Shown: one piece after another, positions 15,280 through 28,389 of the stretch
Numbering within the stretch: the first letter of the stretch is position 1
How the letters are laid out: the number at the start of each line of letters is the position of its first letter
From: the human T2T-CHM13v2.0 reference genome, Homo sapiens
Reading direction: 5' to 3' (one strand)
Length of the DNA: 64,000 nucleotides
Assembly (NCBI RefSeq): GCF_009914755.1
Contig: NC_060940.1
Notes under the pieces: model-generated
Told to the model about the DNA's origin: nothing
The model's database searches: none
The model's input: the letters and a program-made list of their open reading frames with translations, nothing else
Translations under genes and position numbers: made by a program

Positions 15280-15750
15280 GAGAGCTTCCTGGAGTGCAGG
15301 AGCCATTGTTGGGGTGCTGACTATAACCCCTGGCCCACTGGAGAGGTCCCCTGTTGTCAGTTTCCTTACTTGCCAATGGCTTTGCATCTCAGGCTCTGCC
15401 TGAGAATGTTCTTGAGAACTGCAAGAGGAACAGTTTGGAAAGTTAAAGTTTCAGGAAAGACCCTCACCCAGAGAGGGCTGGGAGATGGTGGGTAAATGCC
15501 CCAGCTTCTTTGCCCCTGGTGGGACCATTCTGTGTTGTCTTCTGCAGCCTCTCAGAGGGTTGCCAGCAAGATCAAGCCCAGCTGTCCATCCTGGGAAACT
15601 GCTCCTTAATGCATCCTTCAAAGACGTTCTTTCCTCCTTGTCTCACTTCCTTGCTGTCTCACTGTGCTTCCCGAGGTCACCTTCCAAATCAACATGTGCA
15701 CCTGGATTCTTGTCTTAGTCTGAACTGTTGGGGGGTAGGCCCAACGTAGG
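15280..15750 (+). mobile_element. LTR16-like (ERVL) LTR
   Basis: gggtaaatgccccagcttc...tctcacttccttgctg...ggtcaccttccaaatcaac. Confidence 0.7.
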
Positions 15751-16502
15751 AGGGGAGGGGAAATAAGCTATGATGAGCCCTGTGCCTGGCATGCGTCCAC
15801 CTCAATATCTGCCCTGTTTGGTTTGCTTCCCATTGTACATAGCCTTGGGGATGCTCCAAGCCCCATTCTGAGATGTTATTTTGTTGCTCAGGGATAACAG
15901 GACCCTGGGCTTATTGAGGTAAAAGATGTAGTATTGGAATCACACTGCTTGTTGTGTTTAAATAGCAGAATCCTTGTCTGGCGACATCAGCCCATGTGCC
16001 ATCATGAAGCTGCCAGCTGGGTGGCAGTGCCTTCTTGACCTGCAGATCTTGCTCTGTGAAATGGCAATGAATTTTAACATTTTCTTCTGCTAAAACACTG
16101 AAACTTGCAGCCAGTGTGCTGGTGTCCCCAGATGGCAGGCTTTGGATGGCCTGAGTGGGTGGGAGCGCTTTTCCTCCCATCCACGCAGACATCTAACCCA
16201 AGCAGGGGCTCTATGACCTGCCCCTGAAATGGACGGAGGTGGGCCCAGCACAGCCAGACGTAGTCAGGACTTAGGCCATTGGTCTTCGGCTGAGCGGTAG
16301 CGGCCGGTTCTCCATGACTGGGACTTGGTACAATGCTGGCTTGTCCTCTTCTCTGTGATTTGCCACCACCTACTCTTTGTCACACTCTGCACACCACACT
16401 AAGCGCTCTGCAATCCACAACAACCTTGCCACGTGGGTATTCTTACTTCTCCCATTTTACAGATGAGAAAACGGAGGTTCTGGGCGGGAAAGTGACTTGC
16501 CC

Positions 16503-17288
<786 letters not shown>

Positions 17289-17469
17289 TCATGGGGCCAA
17301 TCTGTGGAACAGAGAATCACCTGGGGCTGGATTGCACCAGAATCCGCCTCTTGCGGGACAGGCCTCGCAATGATGTTGAAATTGAGTGGCAATTGGTGAA
17401 AGTGAACAGAGGAACGCTGAAGTCCTTCCTCTGGAATAGGAACTACATCAGCGATGTGACATTTCACTG

Positions 17470-17900
17470 ACATATCATCATCATCACCATCATTATCACT
17501 GTTGTCATCATTGTCATCATTAACATCCTCATGCTAACTTTCTCTGAGCAGTTACCATGTACCAGATGCTACTCTAGTCCTTAGTTTGTATCGTCCAATT
17601 TTAAAGCTCATAGCCTCCTTGAGGTTGGATCAGGCTGCTAGCCACACAGCATCTAAGTGTGAATGAGATGTGGCCAAGTGATACGGACTGGATCTCAGCC
17701 CCCACTGGCCTTGATTGAGCACCTTTGGGCAGCCCACAGACCACACAACTATCGTGACCCTGTATAACAACAAACATGGTACCCATTGTTCAGATGAAGA
17801 AACTAAGGCCAAGGAGTACTTGCCTGAGGTCACACAGCCAATAGGTGGCTGAGTCAGGACTCGAATCAAGACCTGTCCAAGTCCAAAGCTGCTGGAATTC
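17470..17900 (-). mobile_element. two MIR fragments with (CAT)n-like tail
   Basis: catcatcat run; cagatgaagaaactaaggcc...tgcctgaggtcacacagc. Confidence 0.75.
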
Positions 17901-17989
17901 ACAATGACACCACATTTTATAATCGCACCATTTTATAAACACACTTGGGTGTGCTGGGAGGGGGGGTAGGGGAAGGGGGGGTCCATCTA

Positions 17990-18975
17990 TAAAGATGCCT
18001 TTCATTAAAACCTTGTAATTACCAGACTTGTGTAAAAAGAAGATAATTTGCTATAGTTTTAAAGTCATCACTGGAGGGGAAAAAAAACCCACAACAACAT
18101 GTAAATAGTATTAGCTGCTCTCCAACTTTGTTGAATTTAGCTGATGTTTTTGGTGTTGACTTTCCCAGCTATCAGCTTAACTATATAAATCCAGTTGACG
18201 TGTCTTTATTCAGATAAAACTCTAATACTGCAAGTGTAGCAAATTAGATGCAAATGCCCCTTTTTTATTTTAAGTATACTTAAAGCTGCCTTTCCAATGC
18301 AAATTTTATAGGAAATCTCAACCAGCTAGGACAGACGTCCTAGCTGTCAGCAGGCAAATGCTTTCATTTTGGTCTCAGGCAAGGGAGCTGCCTGCTTTTT
18401 TTCTTTTTGCCCCTGCAGACTGAGATAATTAAAACTACAGAGAAATAGTTTTAAATATACATGATGCACACAGTTCCTTAAATTATGGGATAATGCATAA
18501 ATTCACCCATTACCATATTTGATAGCGGCCTCGCTGACCAAAGCTGGGAGGTGGGGGCAGCGGGTGAAGCAATTTTCTCCAACGACTTGCTTCCCTTGTC
18601 AACAACCTCGCAGCTCCTATCATTTCACCTGGTGTCCTAAGGAGCCCTGGTAAAGGTTCAAAGAGACGTTGTGAACACGCTCATTAAAAAGGGATTGCTA
18701 TGTGTTTTTTTTTTTTAAGAAATAAAAACGTTAATGGCAACTTTTTTTTTTTTCTTTTTCCCCCAGCAGTTCTCAGTCTCCTTGGAATACATATCCATTT
18801 CGGCTTTGATTTGTTGAGCTCCCTGAATGAGTTTATCCAAACAATGTGAATTTACTCAGATCTCTCTCAAATCCCACATCTCTTGTGGTTGATAAAGCTG
18901 ACTTTAGCTAAGAAGGGCTGGATCAGTGTGATTTGAAATTCACATTGAAAATGATAAGGGCTTTGCTGGAAATAA
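17990..18975. promoter_or_regulatory. candidate enhancer / conserved non-coding element
   Basis: about 1 kb with no recognisable repeat; ATGCAAAT at 18248 and 18297; many TAAT/ATTA cores. Confidence 0.5.
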
Positions 18976-19319
18976 TAAGCACAGTCAAACGCTGTCAGGA
19001 GGAAACAGTTGAGCATGCGGGGAGAAATTTGGTAAGGCCCTGCCCTGCCCCCCTTCCCTTTCTAGAATCAAGGTAGAGAAACGGGGGGAAAGGTGACTGG
19101 GGCTCTGCTTAGACAGACACTTAAGCTTTGCAGATGATGGGGCTGATAGTTCTAAAGAGCTTTGTGCAGTAGCTTCATTCTTTATAATTAGAAAATGGCA
19201 CTCATTTCTTGATAATGATGGACGGTCCCCTCTCCACATGGGGTTTGGGATGGCAGTGATCACTGACTACCATGGTGTCTGACACCAGTTGAAATTTCTC
19301 CCTCTCTCTCCTTGATTCC

Positions 19320-19510
19320 TTTTTGAGCACTTAACACATGCCTGGTAGTGGGCTAAACGTTTTCTCATTTCCTCTTTCCAACCCTATGAAGCAGCAAAAT
19401 TATTACACCCATTTTACAGAGGTGAACATTGAGGCTAACTTTGGGCCCAGGAGCCTAGTCAAAGTTCCATCAGGATTTGCCACTAAGTCCTTGCTGCTGA
19501 GTCCTAAACA
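19320..19510 (-). mobile_element. MIR
   Basis: cccattttacagaggtgaacattgaggct. Confidence 0.7.
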
Positions 19511-19742
19511 CTCATCCTCTTTCCCTCTAGCTGGCAGACTGAGACCTAATGCCTTAAAGGAAGAAATTGGTTTAGAATGTCATTCTTAAGACATTCTAAG
19601 GGAAGATGTTTCTCTGGAAGATGTTAACCAGTGGCACTGAAGGGGAGGAGGGGAAGTGGGGTATGAGGGCAGGAACCGACATTCTGGGGACAGAGTGGAG
19701 CAAAGAGTAGGATCTTTACTCGGTGAGTGTGATTTGAGTAGA

Positions 19743-20028
19743 CCAGGGCTTTTGACCTGGGCACTGCTTACATTTGGAGCTGGATAGTCCTTTGTCCTGT
19801 GTGTGTGTGTGTGTGTGTGCGCGCGCGCGCGCGCTCACGTGCGTGCACGCTCAGGGGAGAGGGTGAGGGTGGCAAGGGTGTCCTGTGTATTGTAGGGTTT
19901 GCATCATCGTGGCCTCTACCTACCACATGCCAGCAGTACTTCATCCCCAGTTATGACAACCTCAGATGTCCCCTGACATTGCCAGATAGCTCACAGGGGA
20001 ACAAAATCACCCTGGTGGAGAAACGCTG
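19743..20028. mobile_element. MER20 (hAT-Charlie) containing a TG/CG repeat
   Basis: ggcactgcttacatttggagctggatag...ggcctctacc...gacattgccaga...aaaatcaccctggtggagaaacgctg. Confidence 0.85.
19798..19850. repeat. (TG)11(CG)7 alternating purine-pyrimidine tract
   Basis: read directly. Confidence 0.97.
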
Positions 20029-20358
20029 AAATAGACGTGGATCTTTCAGAGCTTGGATTCCTCATTTTCCTTAAAAGGCAGGTTCCATGTGGGTTATGGC
20101 TCCTCCTCCCCGTTTCCCTTTGTCTCAGAAGACCCCACTTTCACACGCCCTCCTAAGCAGCTAAGAGCAACCTTCCTTGGAAATAGGTGGATCAGAGGAG
20201 CTTTGCCATTGAAACCTTTTTTCCAATTACAGTAATTATTCCCTCTCGTCTTCACCATCAGGGCAGTCGGATAAGGCGCTGGACTTCTCCTTGCTGCCTT
20301 AATCTATACGATTCCAGTTCTGCCTTGATGAATGACTTTTCTGAATGCTTCTGCCTTG

Positions 20359-20360
<2 letters not shown>

Positions 20361-20398
<38 letters not shown>
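20361..20398. repeat. (TG)19 microsatellite
   Basis: read directly. Confidence 0.97.
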
Positions 20399-20400
<2 letters not shown>

Positions 20401-20659
20401 GGGGGGAGTGCTGTGGCCAGGCTGGGGCTGGGGGTGGGGTGCATTGATTCTTCCCAGTCCTTGTCCCTTGGATGCCTCGCAGGCCAGGGCGGCCCCACCG
20501 CAGCAATCCTTTTCCCACCAAGCTGCGCTCACAGCTGACCTCTCTCTTCCCCTTAGCTCGGGGCCTCCTCTCTCCCCTCTTCCACCCTCCACCTGGGCCA
20601 CCTCTCCTGACCCCATGACTCCGTGTTTCCTAACCAATGCTGCTAATAGCCACTGATCA

Positions 20660-21960
20660 CCGAAGGGCAGTTTAAATTCTATTTAGACTTAAAAAGGGGG
20701 TGGGGGAAAGAGCAAAACTTCAAAAGCTGTTTCCTGCAAGCAGGGCGGAAGCCAAGTCCGGCCATCATCAGCAGAAGCCGGATCGATATTTCAGCACCAT
20801 CCCCTGGCTGGGGTTTCGAGGAACTTTTATTATGATTGCGGTTAAGCTGTTCTAAAGTGGAGCATCGTTTATAAAACAAACGGATCCCTTCCAAATAGGT
20901 TATTTTCCTGGTTAATGACCGATGGTCTGCCCTGGGGTCTGTCTGAGTTGCGATTCCAGATGGGAACAGACACTACCAGCCCAATTATCTTTATTAAGTG
21001 TTTTTCCTCCCCCTTTCTGAAAAACGAAATGGCAGCCAGCTCCGCTGTCCCCTCTTCCCCTTGCTCTCACCCTGCGCCATTTCCTGCATTCGCCTCATTA
21101 TGGACAAGTATGTCCTTTAAGACACAGAGACTAATGAGGCGGTTTTATGAGACTAATACATTTTAAATTTTAACGCTGGAGCTAGCATCTTTAATTGTAC
21201 AATTATACATTCATTTGGCACACACTCTCTCTCACTGTCTTTTTTTTTTTTTTTTGCGTTAAAAGATAACAAAACCACAGGTGACCAAAGGCATGTGAAA
21301 AGACCAAATTTATGTCATTCTTTAGGGTACTAAATCATGCAAGAATAAAAATTGTTTTTCTCCTGATAGATTTCTTAAGCAAAAGTAGTTAGCTACTGTT
21401 TCAATGAGAATGATTTTTTTAAAAAAAACTGGAGCAAGGAAGGATGGGAGAGGGTTAAATTATATCTTATTGCAAACTTCTATCTTTACAGTCGTCTATT
21501 TCTACATATAGAGCCTGTAGCTAGAAAGCATTTTGAGAATGAAAGAAATCTTGATATTCTGTGGCCCAGCAGCTGGTGAGAGAGAGAAAGAGAGAGAGAG
21601 AGAGAGAAGCTACATATCCTGTCTCTAACAAAAGCCCTCTACATTCCCTACCTGACAGGACCTTATTGGGGAGTAATAAATAAGGCTGAATTATTGATGA
21701 CGAGAACTGCTAATATTATTATGACCTCAATTAAGTGCTTTTTTCAGACACATTAGCAACAAAGGGTCTTCCCTCTCCTGGTTGCTGTTTTCCCCCGCCA
21801 GGCCCCACTTTACATTAAAATCTAATTGATCAAACCTATTTGCCATTCGCACAAGAGTGATCACCATAAGGGGTCATCTATCAGCATGGACTCTTCATCC
21901 GGCGATTAACACCTTTTGTTGCCGGCCTCAGTTCTGTACCAGCTGAGAGGATCAGAAAGG
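20660..21960. promoter_or_regulatory. candidate enhancer cluster
   Basis: no interspersed repeat recognised, CpG retention, TTTTAT(T/G)A, TCGTTTATAAAA, AACAAAG, TAATTG motifs. Confidence 0.5.
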
Positions 21961-22399
21961 CAGTGCCTCCCATCTGTGTGTGTGAGGTCTGACTTGTGGA
22001 CCCTTTAATTACCTCCTTTAACACCCTTGCAAAACACAGAAGACATCCTTGCTTTTGAGGAAGTCCTGCCAGGCAGCCTTGGGGTTACAAGATGGCACCC
22101 TCCTTATCTGGAGCAGAGGTGTCCTGGTGGGGACCTTGCTGTCTCCACGCCTTCCGCTCACTGCCCACTCCCCTATCTCCCCGCCATCACATGGCCTGCT
22201 CCAGGGAGTCTCTGTGTCCTGTCTTCAAGAAGTTCGGAACTTGGTGATGAGTATGGGGGTGGATGAAGAGTGGACAGAAGCCCTTATCAAAACCCAAGGC
22301 TGGGGCTGGGCCGAAAATGGACACCTGCACCCTCCCACTCCAGGGAGTGGAGCCTCCCCATAAGTTCCCGGCCTGTGATCACTCAGGACCATGCACCAC

Positions 22400-22520
22400 C
22401 CATAATCCCCTTGAAATGTATATAAATTTATGTTTACATGTATTTTTGTGGGAGAGGGTTAGAGCTTCCATCAGATTCTCAAATTTGTTCATGATCCCAA
22501 AGTGGGTTAGAACTATTTTC
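22400..22520. mobile_element. hAT-Charlie fragment (MER103-like)
   Basis: ggagagggttagagcttccatcagattctcaaa...ggttagaacta. Confidence 0.55.
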
Positions 22521-22544
22521 TCAGGAACATCTTTTTACATTTAA

Positions 22545-22790
22545 TTTTATTTATTTTATTTTTTAATTTACACTTGGTCTTGCTCTGCTGCCCAAGCTGA
22601 AGTGCAGAGACACAATCGTAGTTCACTGCAGCCTTGAACCCTGGGCTTAAGCACTCTCGCCTCAGCCTCATGAGTAGCTAGGACTATAGGAACGTGCTGC
22701 CAAGTCCAGCTAATTTTTGAATTATTTTGTATAGATGGGGTCTCCCTATGTTGCCAAGACTGGTCTTAAAACTCCTGGCCTCAAGAGATC
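22545..22790 (-). mobile_element. AluJ, 5'-truncated
   Basis: cactgcagccttgaacc...ctcctggcctcaag. Confidence 0.9.
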
Positions 22791-23316
22791 AGGAGCTTCT
22801 TAAATGGCAGAGGTCTTCCATGGGGTTGACTCTTAGACAGGATCTTGAGTCTGGTTTTGGGAATGTGAGTAAGCCATTGGGATGAGCTTGGCTCTTGGTG
22901 CATGGTGTGATGTTGGGTCAAACTCTCTCACTCTCTTCACTTCCCTCCTGGGTCTTTGTCTTCTCTGCCAATTTGGTCAAAAGAAAAAATGCTCATCAAC
23001 TTTCTGCTTCCAGTAGTTAGTGTAAGGGTGGGCTTTCTAAATGAGTGCAGCTTGTACAGATCCTGCCACTGGGTGTTGGAAGTAATGAGAATGTAGGCAG
23101 TGCCTTGCACAGGCTGTATTGCTGCTGATGAAGAGGAAACAGGTCCCAATATGGCCCAACAGGAATACTCTTGGGGTGACCTTGTACAGCTTGGAGCACT
23201 ATTTAAGGTCATCTTTTTGGCTCACTCAACTCCACCTACCCACCATGAAAATCACATTATCATTCGTTTCCTGATTATAAATCAATACATTCAGAAATCA
23301 GTCAGAAAAGATTGAA

Positions 23317-23617
23317 GGCTGGGCACATGGCTCACGCCTGTAATCCTAGCACTTTGGGAGACCTAGGTGGCAGATCGTTTGAGCTGAGAGTTCAAGACCA
23401 GCCAGGGCAACATAGTAAAAGCCTGTCTCTACAAAAAATGCAAAAAATTAGCTTGGTGTGGTGGTATGAGCCTATGGTCCCAGCTATTTGGGAGGGTGAG
23501 GCAGGAGGATCACTTGAGCCCAGCAGGCAGAGGTTGCAGTGAGCCGAGATCAGTTTGCGCCACTGCAAGTTAGCCTGGATGACAGAGTGACGCCCTGTCT
23601 CGAGAAAAAAAAAAAAG
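23317..23617 (+). mobile_element. AluJ
   Basis: gcaggaggatcacttgagcccag; poly-A. Confidence 0.92.
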
Positions 23618-23619
23618 GT

Positions 23620-24030
23620 AAAACATTCTCAAATCTTCACATTTTGGCCTATCTCAATTTTTATTCTTTTTCCTATGCAAATAACAATAGAAAGATATCC
23701 AGAAAAACTAAAAAAAAATAAGAAGGGAACTATGTGTATTATTTCTTATTTTTCTTACTTACATAGTAACATACATTGTAAATGTCTTTCCACGTGAATA
23801 AATATTGTTCGGCATCATCATTTTAAATGACTGAATAATATTTAATAGACTAGATTTACCATATTTGCCAATCCCTTCTTGCTAGGTACTTAAGTGGTTT
23901 CCACTTTTGTCTATTAGAAACAGCGCTGCAATAAATGTCTTTATAGAAACATGAGGTACTTACCTGATTACGTTCTTAAGATGGATTTGTAAAAGTAGGA
24001 TTTCTGGGTTAAAGGGTTTGTGTTAATATT
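23620..24030 (-). mobile_element. L1ME-like 3' fragment
   Basis: tttttaaatgactgaataata...ggtttccacttttg...gctgcaataaat...aagtaggatttctgggttaaaggg. Confidence 0.6.
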
Positions 24031-26393
24031 TTTTATTTACAGTACAGATTAAAGGATAGGGTGCACCATTTTTGTAACTTTTAAGGCGTTGCAAAAGGGC
24101 ATTTTCTGTCAAATATTTGTCCAAAGCAAGGAGGTTTGGAAGAGAGGAGAGTGGAGTTACATAAGGGCTGACTTAGTGAGTTTTCTTTCTCCAAGTGCAA
24201 GTCTGAAGGGCCTAGAGCAAATAGGCTTAGTTTTCTGCCCAGTGGAGGCTGAAGTAGAGACAGATCTTTGGCCTCTTCTGGAAGTGCTGTTGAATACACA
24301 GCCCCCTTTGATACACAGATCACCTCCAGGTCAGCAAAGAGGCTTCGAGGCTGGCAGTGGTGATGATCATGCCCTGGCCCACCCTTATCTCAGAGCTCCG
24401 ATCTGACGCAACCAGTCCCCATGCCAGGCGGCCAGGCTGGGGTCGGTCTGCCCACAGCTCCTCCAGAGAATGGGGCTAGGCAGAAGGTGGCACGGTCATG
24501 AGACATCCTGCCACGAAGTGTAGCTTGTCCATTTAGCACTGCCTAGCGGCTTTTCAGCCTGCGTTGTCTTAATTCAAGTTGTCATTCATAGACAAGTAGA
24601 AAACTAAAATCAATAAATGGTGAAAATGGGCTTTAAAGGCAAACTAAAGTCACAGAGCAGGGAGAGAAACAGCATCCATTGCCTCAGTGGGTTATGTTTT
24701 TCCTTCCTATTTAGAATGACTGGATCTGGGGCCTGTGTTTTTTTTTAAAGAAAGGAAAGGAGGAATAAGACAAGTACATATCTCTTTTAAAGATGTACAG
24801 AGTGTTCATTGGATAAAATCTCAGGCCTGGAGCATCATTTGATTGGGCTACAGAGAATGATGAGGATGATGGTATTTGGGGATGGGTCTCTATTTTCTCC
24901 CAGGACCGTAGCAGGTATATCTGGGGATGTCTGTCTGTCCGATTGCTGTGTTACTTCCCTCAAGTCTGTGCACTTCTCTGGGCCAAGTCTTCTCAGTTGG
25001 AAAATGGAGTTGGACAAGGTGCAGTGATTTTGCAGACTGTTCTCTGGTGAGAAACCACAGCAGATGTGCCTCAGGAAGCATCAGGATAGGAGTGGGGGTT
25101 AGGTGGAAGGGGCTCTGGTCCTGCAGCTGAACCTTGACAGAACAGCCCTGGGTTCCTGCCAAAGATTTCATTTGAAGTTAGAATTTCATGGCAGAGACAA
25201 TCATTAGAAAAAAAGTCACCGAAAGAGAGGGTTTCCAAGTTTCCTTCCGCTTCTGAGGGTTATAAACATCTGTTGCATGTCTACAAGTTATTTCTGAAAA
25301 CCCAGCTTGGACTAATTCCACCTTCTTCCTGTGATTAGTGTAGAACTGACAAGAGTAGAGAGGGTGCCAGGTCCAGGTAGGGGATGGAGTGCTGGTTCCA
25401 ACTATTCCTGGAAATACTGAAGGACTCCTTTGTGACACATGGGACATCTCAGCCTGGGTTGTCATCCCATGGGCTTGGGTGTCAGAGATGGAACAAGGGG
25501 AGACACAAGTCATACCAGGAATAAATTTCAAACCAAGAGGCGACAACACAAATATGGTAATACCATTTAGGTGGCACTCTGTGACCCAATCTCTGTGGCA
25601 AAACCAGGAAACAATTTCTTGTGTTTCTTTTGAAGAAACCAGGCCTTCTGTTTATTGGCACTAAATGGTGGCCTAGAAGGAGAAGGAGAAAGAAGGCTTC
25701 ATTGGCAATCCCAATCCTTGACATCTTTCTCTCCCAAAGCCACTCCCCACCTCTACCCCCCTAAAAAAATCAAAGTAAGATGTGGGCTTGCCACACAGAT
25801 CTAGACAGGTCCCCTAGCAGCCTCTTTCTATGAGTTTGTTGCCACTAGGCCCTTCCTATTTAGAAATTCTGGAGTCTCTGAGAGGCAGACTGATTTGCCC
25901 AGCTCAAATATAGAGAACCACTAAGGGTTAGTAAAGAAACTCATTAGCAAGAGGGTTGTCAGACATAGAAATTCGAGCTTACCTGTCTTTCGAACATACA
26001 AAAGCCAACATTTTGGGAAATCTTTCTAAGAAATGTAGTGCTAAAAAGTTGACTCAGAGCTAGAGAGCTGGTGCTGGCAGCCAGCTAGTTTCTTGAGGTG
26101 GGAATATACTGAGCCTTCTGTTGGGAATGGAGACCTGAAGCTCTGAGCAATTGTGGACCATCCCCCTATAACCAGCAGCAGCAGTGTTGAATCTACCTTC
26201 CTGTCAAACAGCCAGTATTCCAAGGGCCTGGGGCTGCTGTATTCACTTGGCTTCTGAGATAAGTGGACCTATAAGCGCAGAGAAAAATCTCTATCCGTGC
26301 CCTGGCCTAATTCAACAACCTTGGGGTGAGGCAGATGCAAAAGGTCCCACTTTTCCTTGAGCTCTTCCTACAAGTCAGTTTGATTAGGTGTTA

Positions 26394-26760
<367 letters not shown>

Positions 26761-26775
26761 TCATAATATCTTCTT

Positions 26776-27093
26776 GTTTCATTTTAATTTTTAATTGAAT
26801 TTCATATATATTTTTTGAGACAGAGTTTTAAGCTGTCACCAGGCTGGAGTGCAGTGGTGTGATCTCAGCTCACTGCAACCTCCGCCCCACCGGGTTCAAA
26901 CAATTCTCCTGCCTCAGCCTCCCGAGTAGCTGGGAATACAGGCACGCACCACTACGCCCAGCTAATTTTTTTTTATTTTTAGTAGAGATGGGGTTTCACC
27001 ATGTTGGCCAGGATGGTCTCTATCTCCTGACCTCATGATTCGCCCACCTCCCAAAGTGCTGGGATTACAGGCGTGAGCCACCCCACCTGGCCC
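26776..27093 (-). mobile_element. AluS (Sc-like)
   Basis: ggccaggatggtctctatctcctgacctcatgat; short internal deletion in left arm. Confidence 0.92.
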
Positions 27094-27095
27094 CC

Positions 27096-27222
27096 AATTT
27101 TTTTTTATAGAGATGGGGTCTTGTTGTGTTGCCTGGGCTGGTCCCAAACTCCTGACTTCAGGCAATCCTCCCTCCATGGCCTCCCAGAGTGGTGGGATTA
27201 CAGATGTGAGCCACCGTGCTCA
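27096..27222 (-). mobile_element. FLAM / Alu left monomer
   Basis: single arm: agatggggtcttg...ggattacagatgtgagccaccgtg. Confidence 0.85.
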
Positions 27223-28389
27223 AGTCATAATAGCTTCTGACATTTAATGAGCGTTTACCCTGGGCCACACACTGTTCGAAGCCTTTGACATGTACTCATT
27301 TCACACACGAACACACTGAGGCTCAGAGAGGTGAAAGTGGTAGAGCCAGGACTGGATTCTGACTTGAGTCTGGGTGTGTAACCCTGAGACAATTTTGTCT
27401 TTGAAATCACATCAGTCTACATTTAAAGGATGAGAGAGAGAAAAAGAGAGAGAAGCCTGAAGGCTGGAAACTTCGATGCTTGATCTTGGCCATGATCAAT
27501 CCTCTATCCCATGGGGTCCCCAGGAACCATGCACTGAGAGCAGGCACAGGGCTGCTGTATTCATAGCTGAGGCTTCAATCCCAGCAGTCCCCAATTCAGT
27601 GTTCTGCTGGGACAGGCTGGGCCACATGGTACACTCCCTTTGCCCAGATTACAAGGAAGGCAAACAAGAGGAATGTTCTCTGTGGCTGAGATACAGGTCC
27701 TCTCAGATGGGGACAGTTAAAGGTGCAGAGGGACAGGCCAGCCCCTCTTAGGAAGGCACAGCCCGTGCTCCTGTGACTGGACAGAAATTCCGTGTTTGAG
27801 GGCCTGGTCCGTGGAGATGTCCTCCAACCTGACCAGTGATGGAAAACACCTGTGCCTGTCTCCTATGGGAAGAAACCCATCTTCTCTTTTACCTCCACTC
27901 TGCCTCTCACAAGCGGTTTCCAAGGTGGCAATGAGGATGGCTGTTCACAAATCAGCAAAGTGCAGAGCTCTTTCTGTGAGATGCTTAATTTTTGTGAGTT
28001 GTGGAACCCTATTTATTTTATGTGACAGTCTCTTCCTTCCCCCTACCGTGACAGAGTGTTCTGTGGCGTATGTTATGATCTTTAATTAAAGGGAACTTAA
28101 TTTGGTTTTGAGGCAGCCTTTGTTCGTTGGCGACACCCTAGGGTGTTTTAAAGTCAGGTTTTGGAATCATTGCCATTGAAGCTTGGTGTCTAGGGCAGAC
28201 TCACTCCTATGGACCGACTCTGGTTGCCCGGATATCAGGGAATATGTGTCCCCCTCACCCCCCTCCCGCCCCTCCATGGAGAAGCTGGAACTTTACCAGG
28301 CTTTTCCCACTTGCCTTGGGATTTTCTGCCCATCTTCCCAGGAACACCCGGCAGGCCCCATGAATGGACCTTGGGCCAAAATGATGTTT

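Noticed and set aside
18395-18770. Strong splice-acceptor-like tracts (…tttttgcccctgcag, …tttttcccccag)
   Set aside because: No convincing downstream donor or open frame; a lncRNA exon cannot be excluded without RNA data
20790-20806. REST/NRSE-like TTCAGCACCAT
   Set aside because: Left half-site only; GGACAG half absent
25561-25580. CTCF-like TAGGTGGCACT (other partial matches near 641 and 31835)
   Set aside because: 5' part of the core does not match; cannot be supported without PWM scoring or ChIP
27802-27830. Y RNA-like start ggcctggtccg
   Set aside because: No continuation or complementary 3' stem
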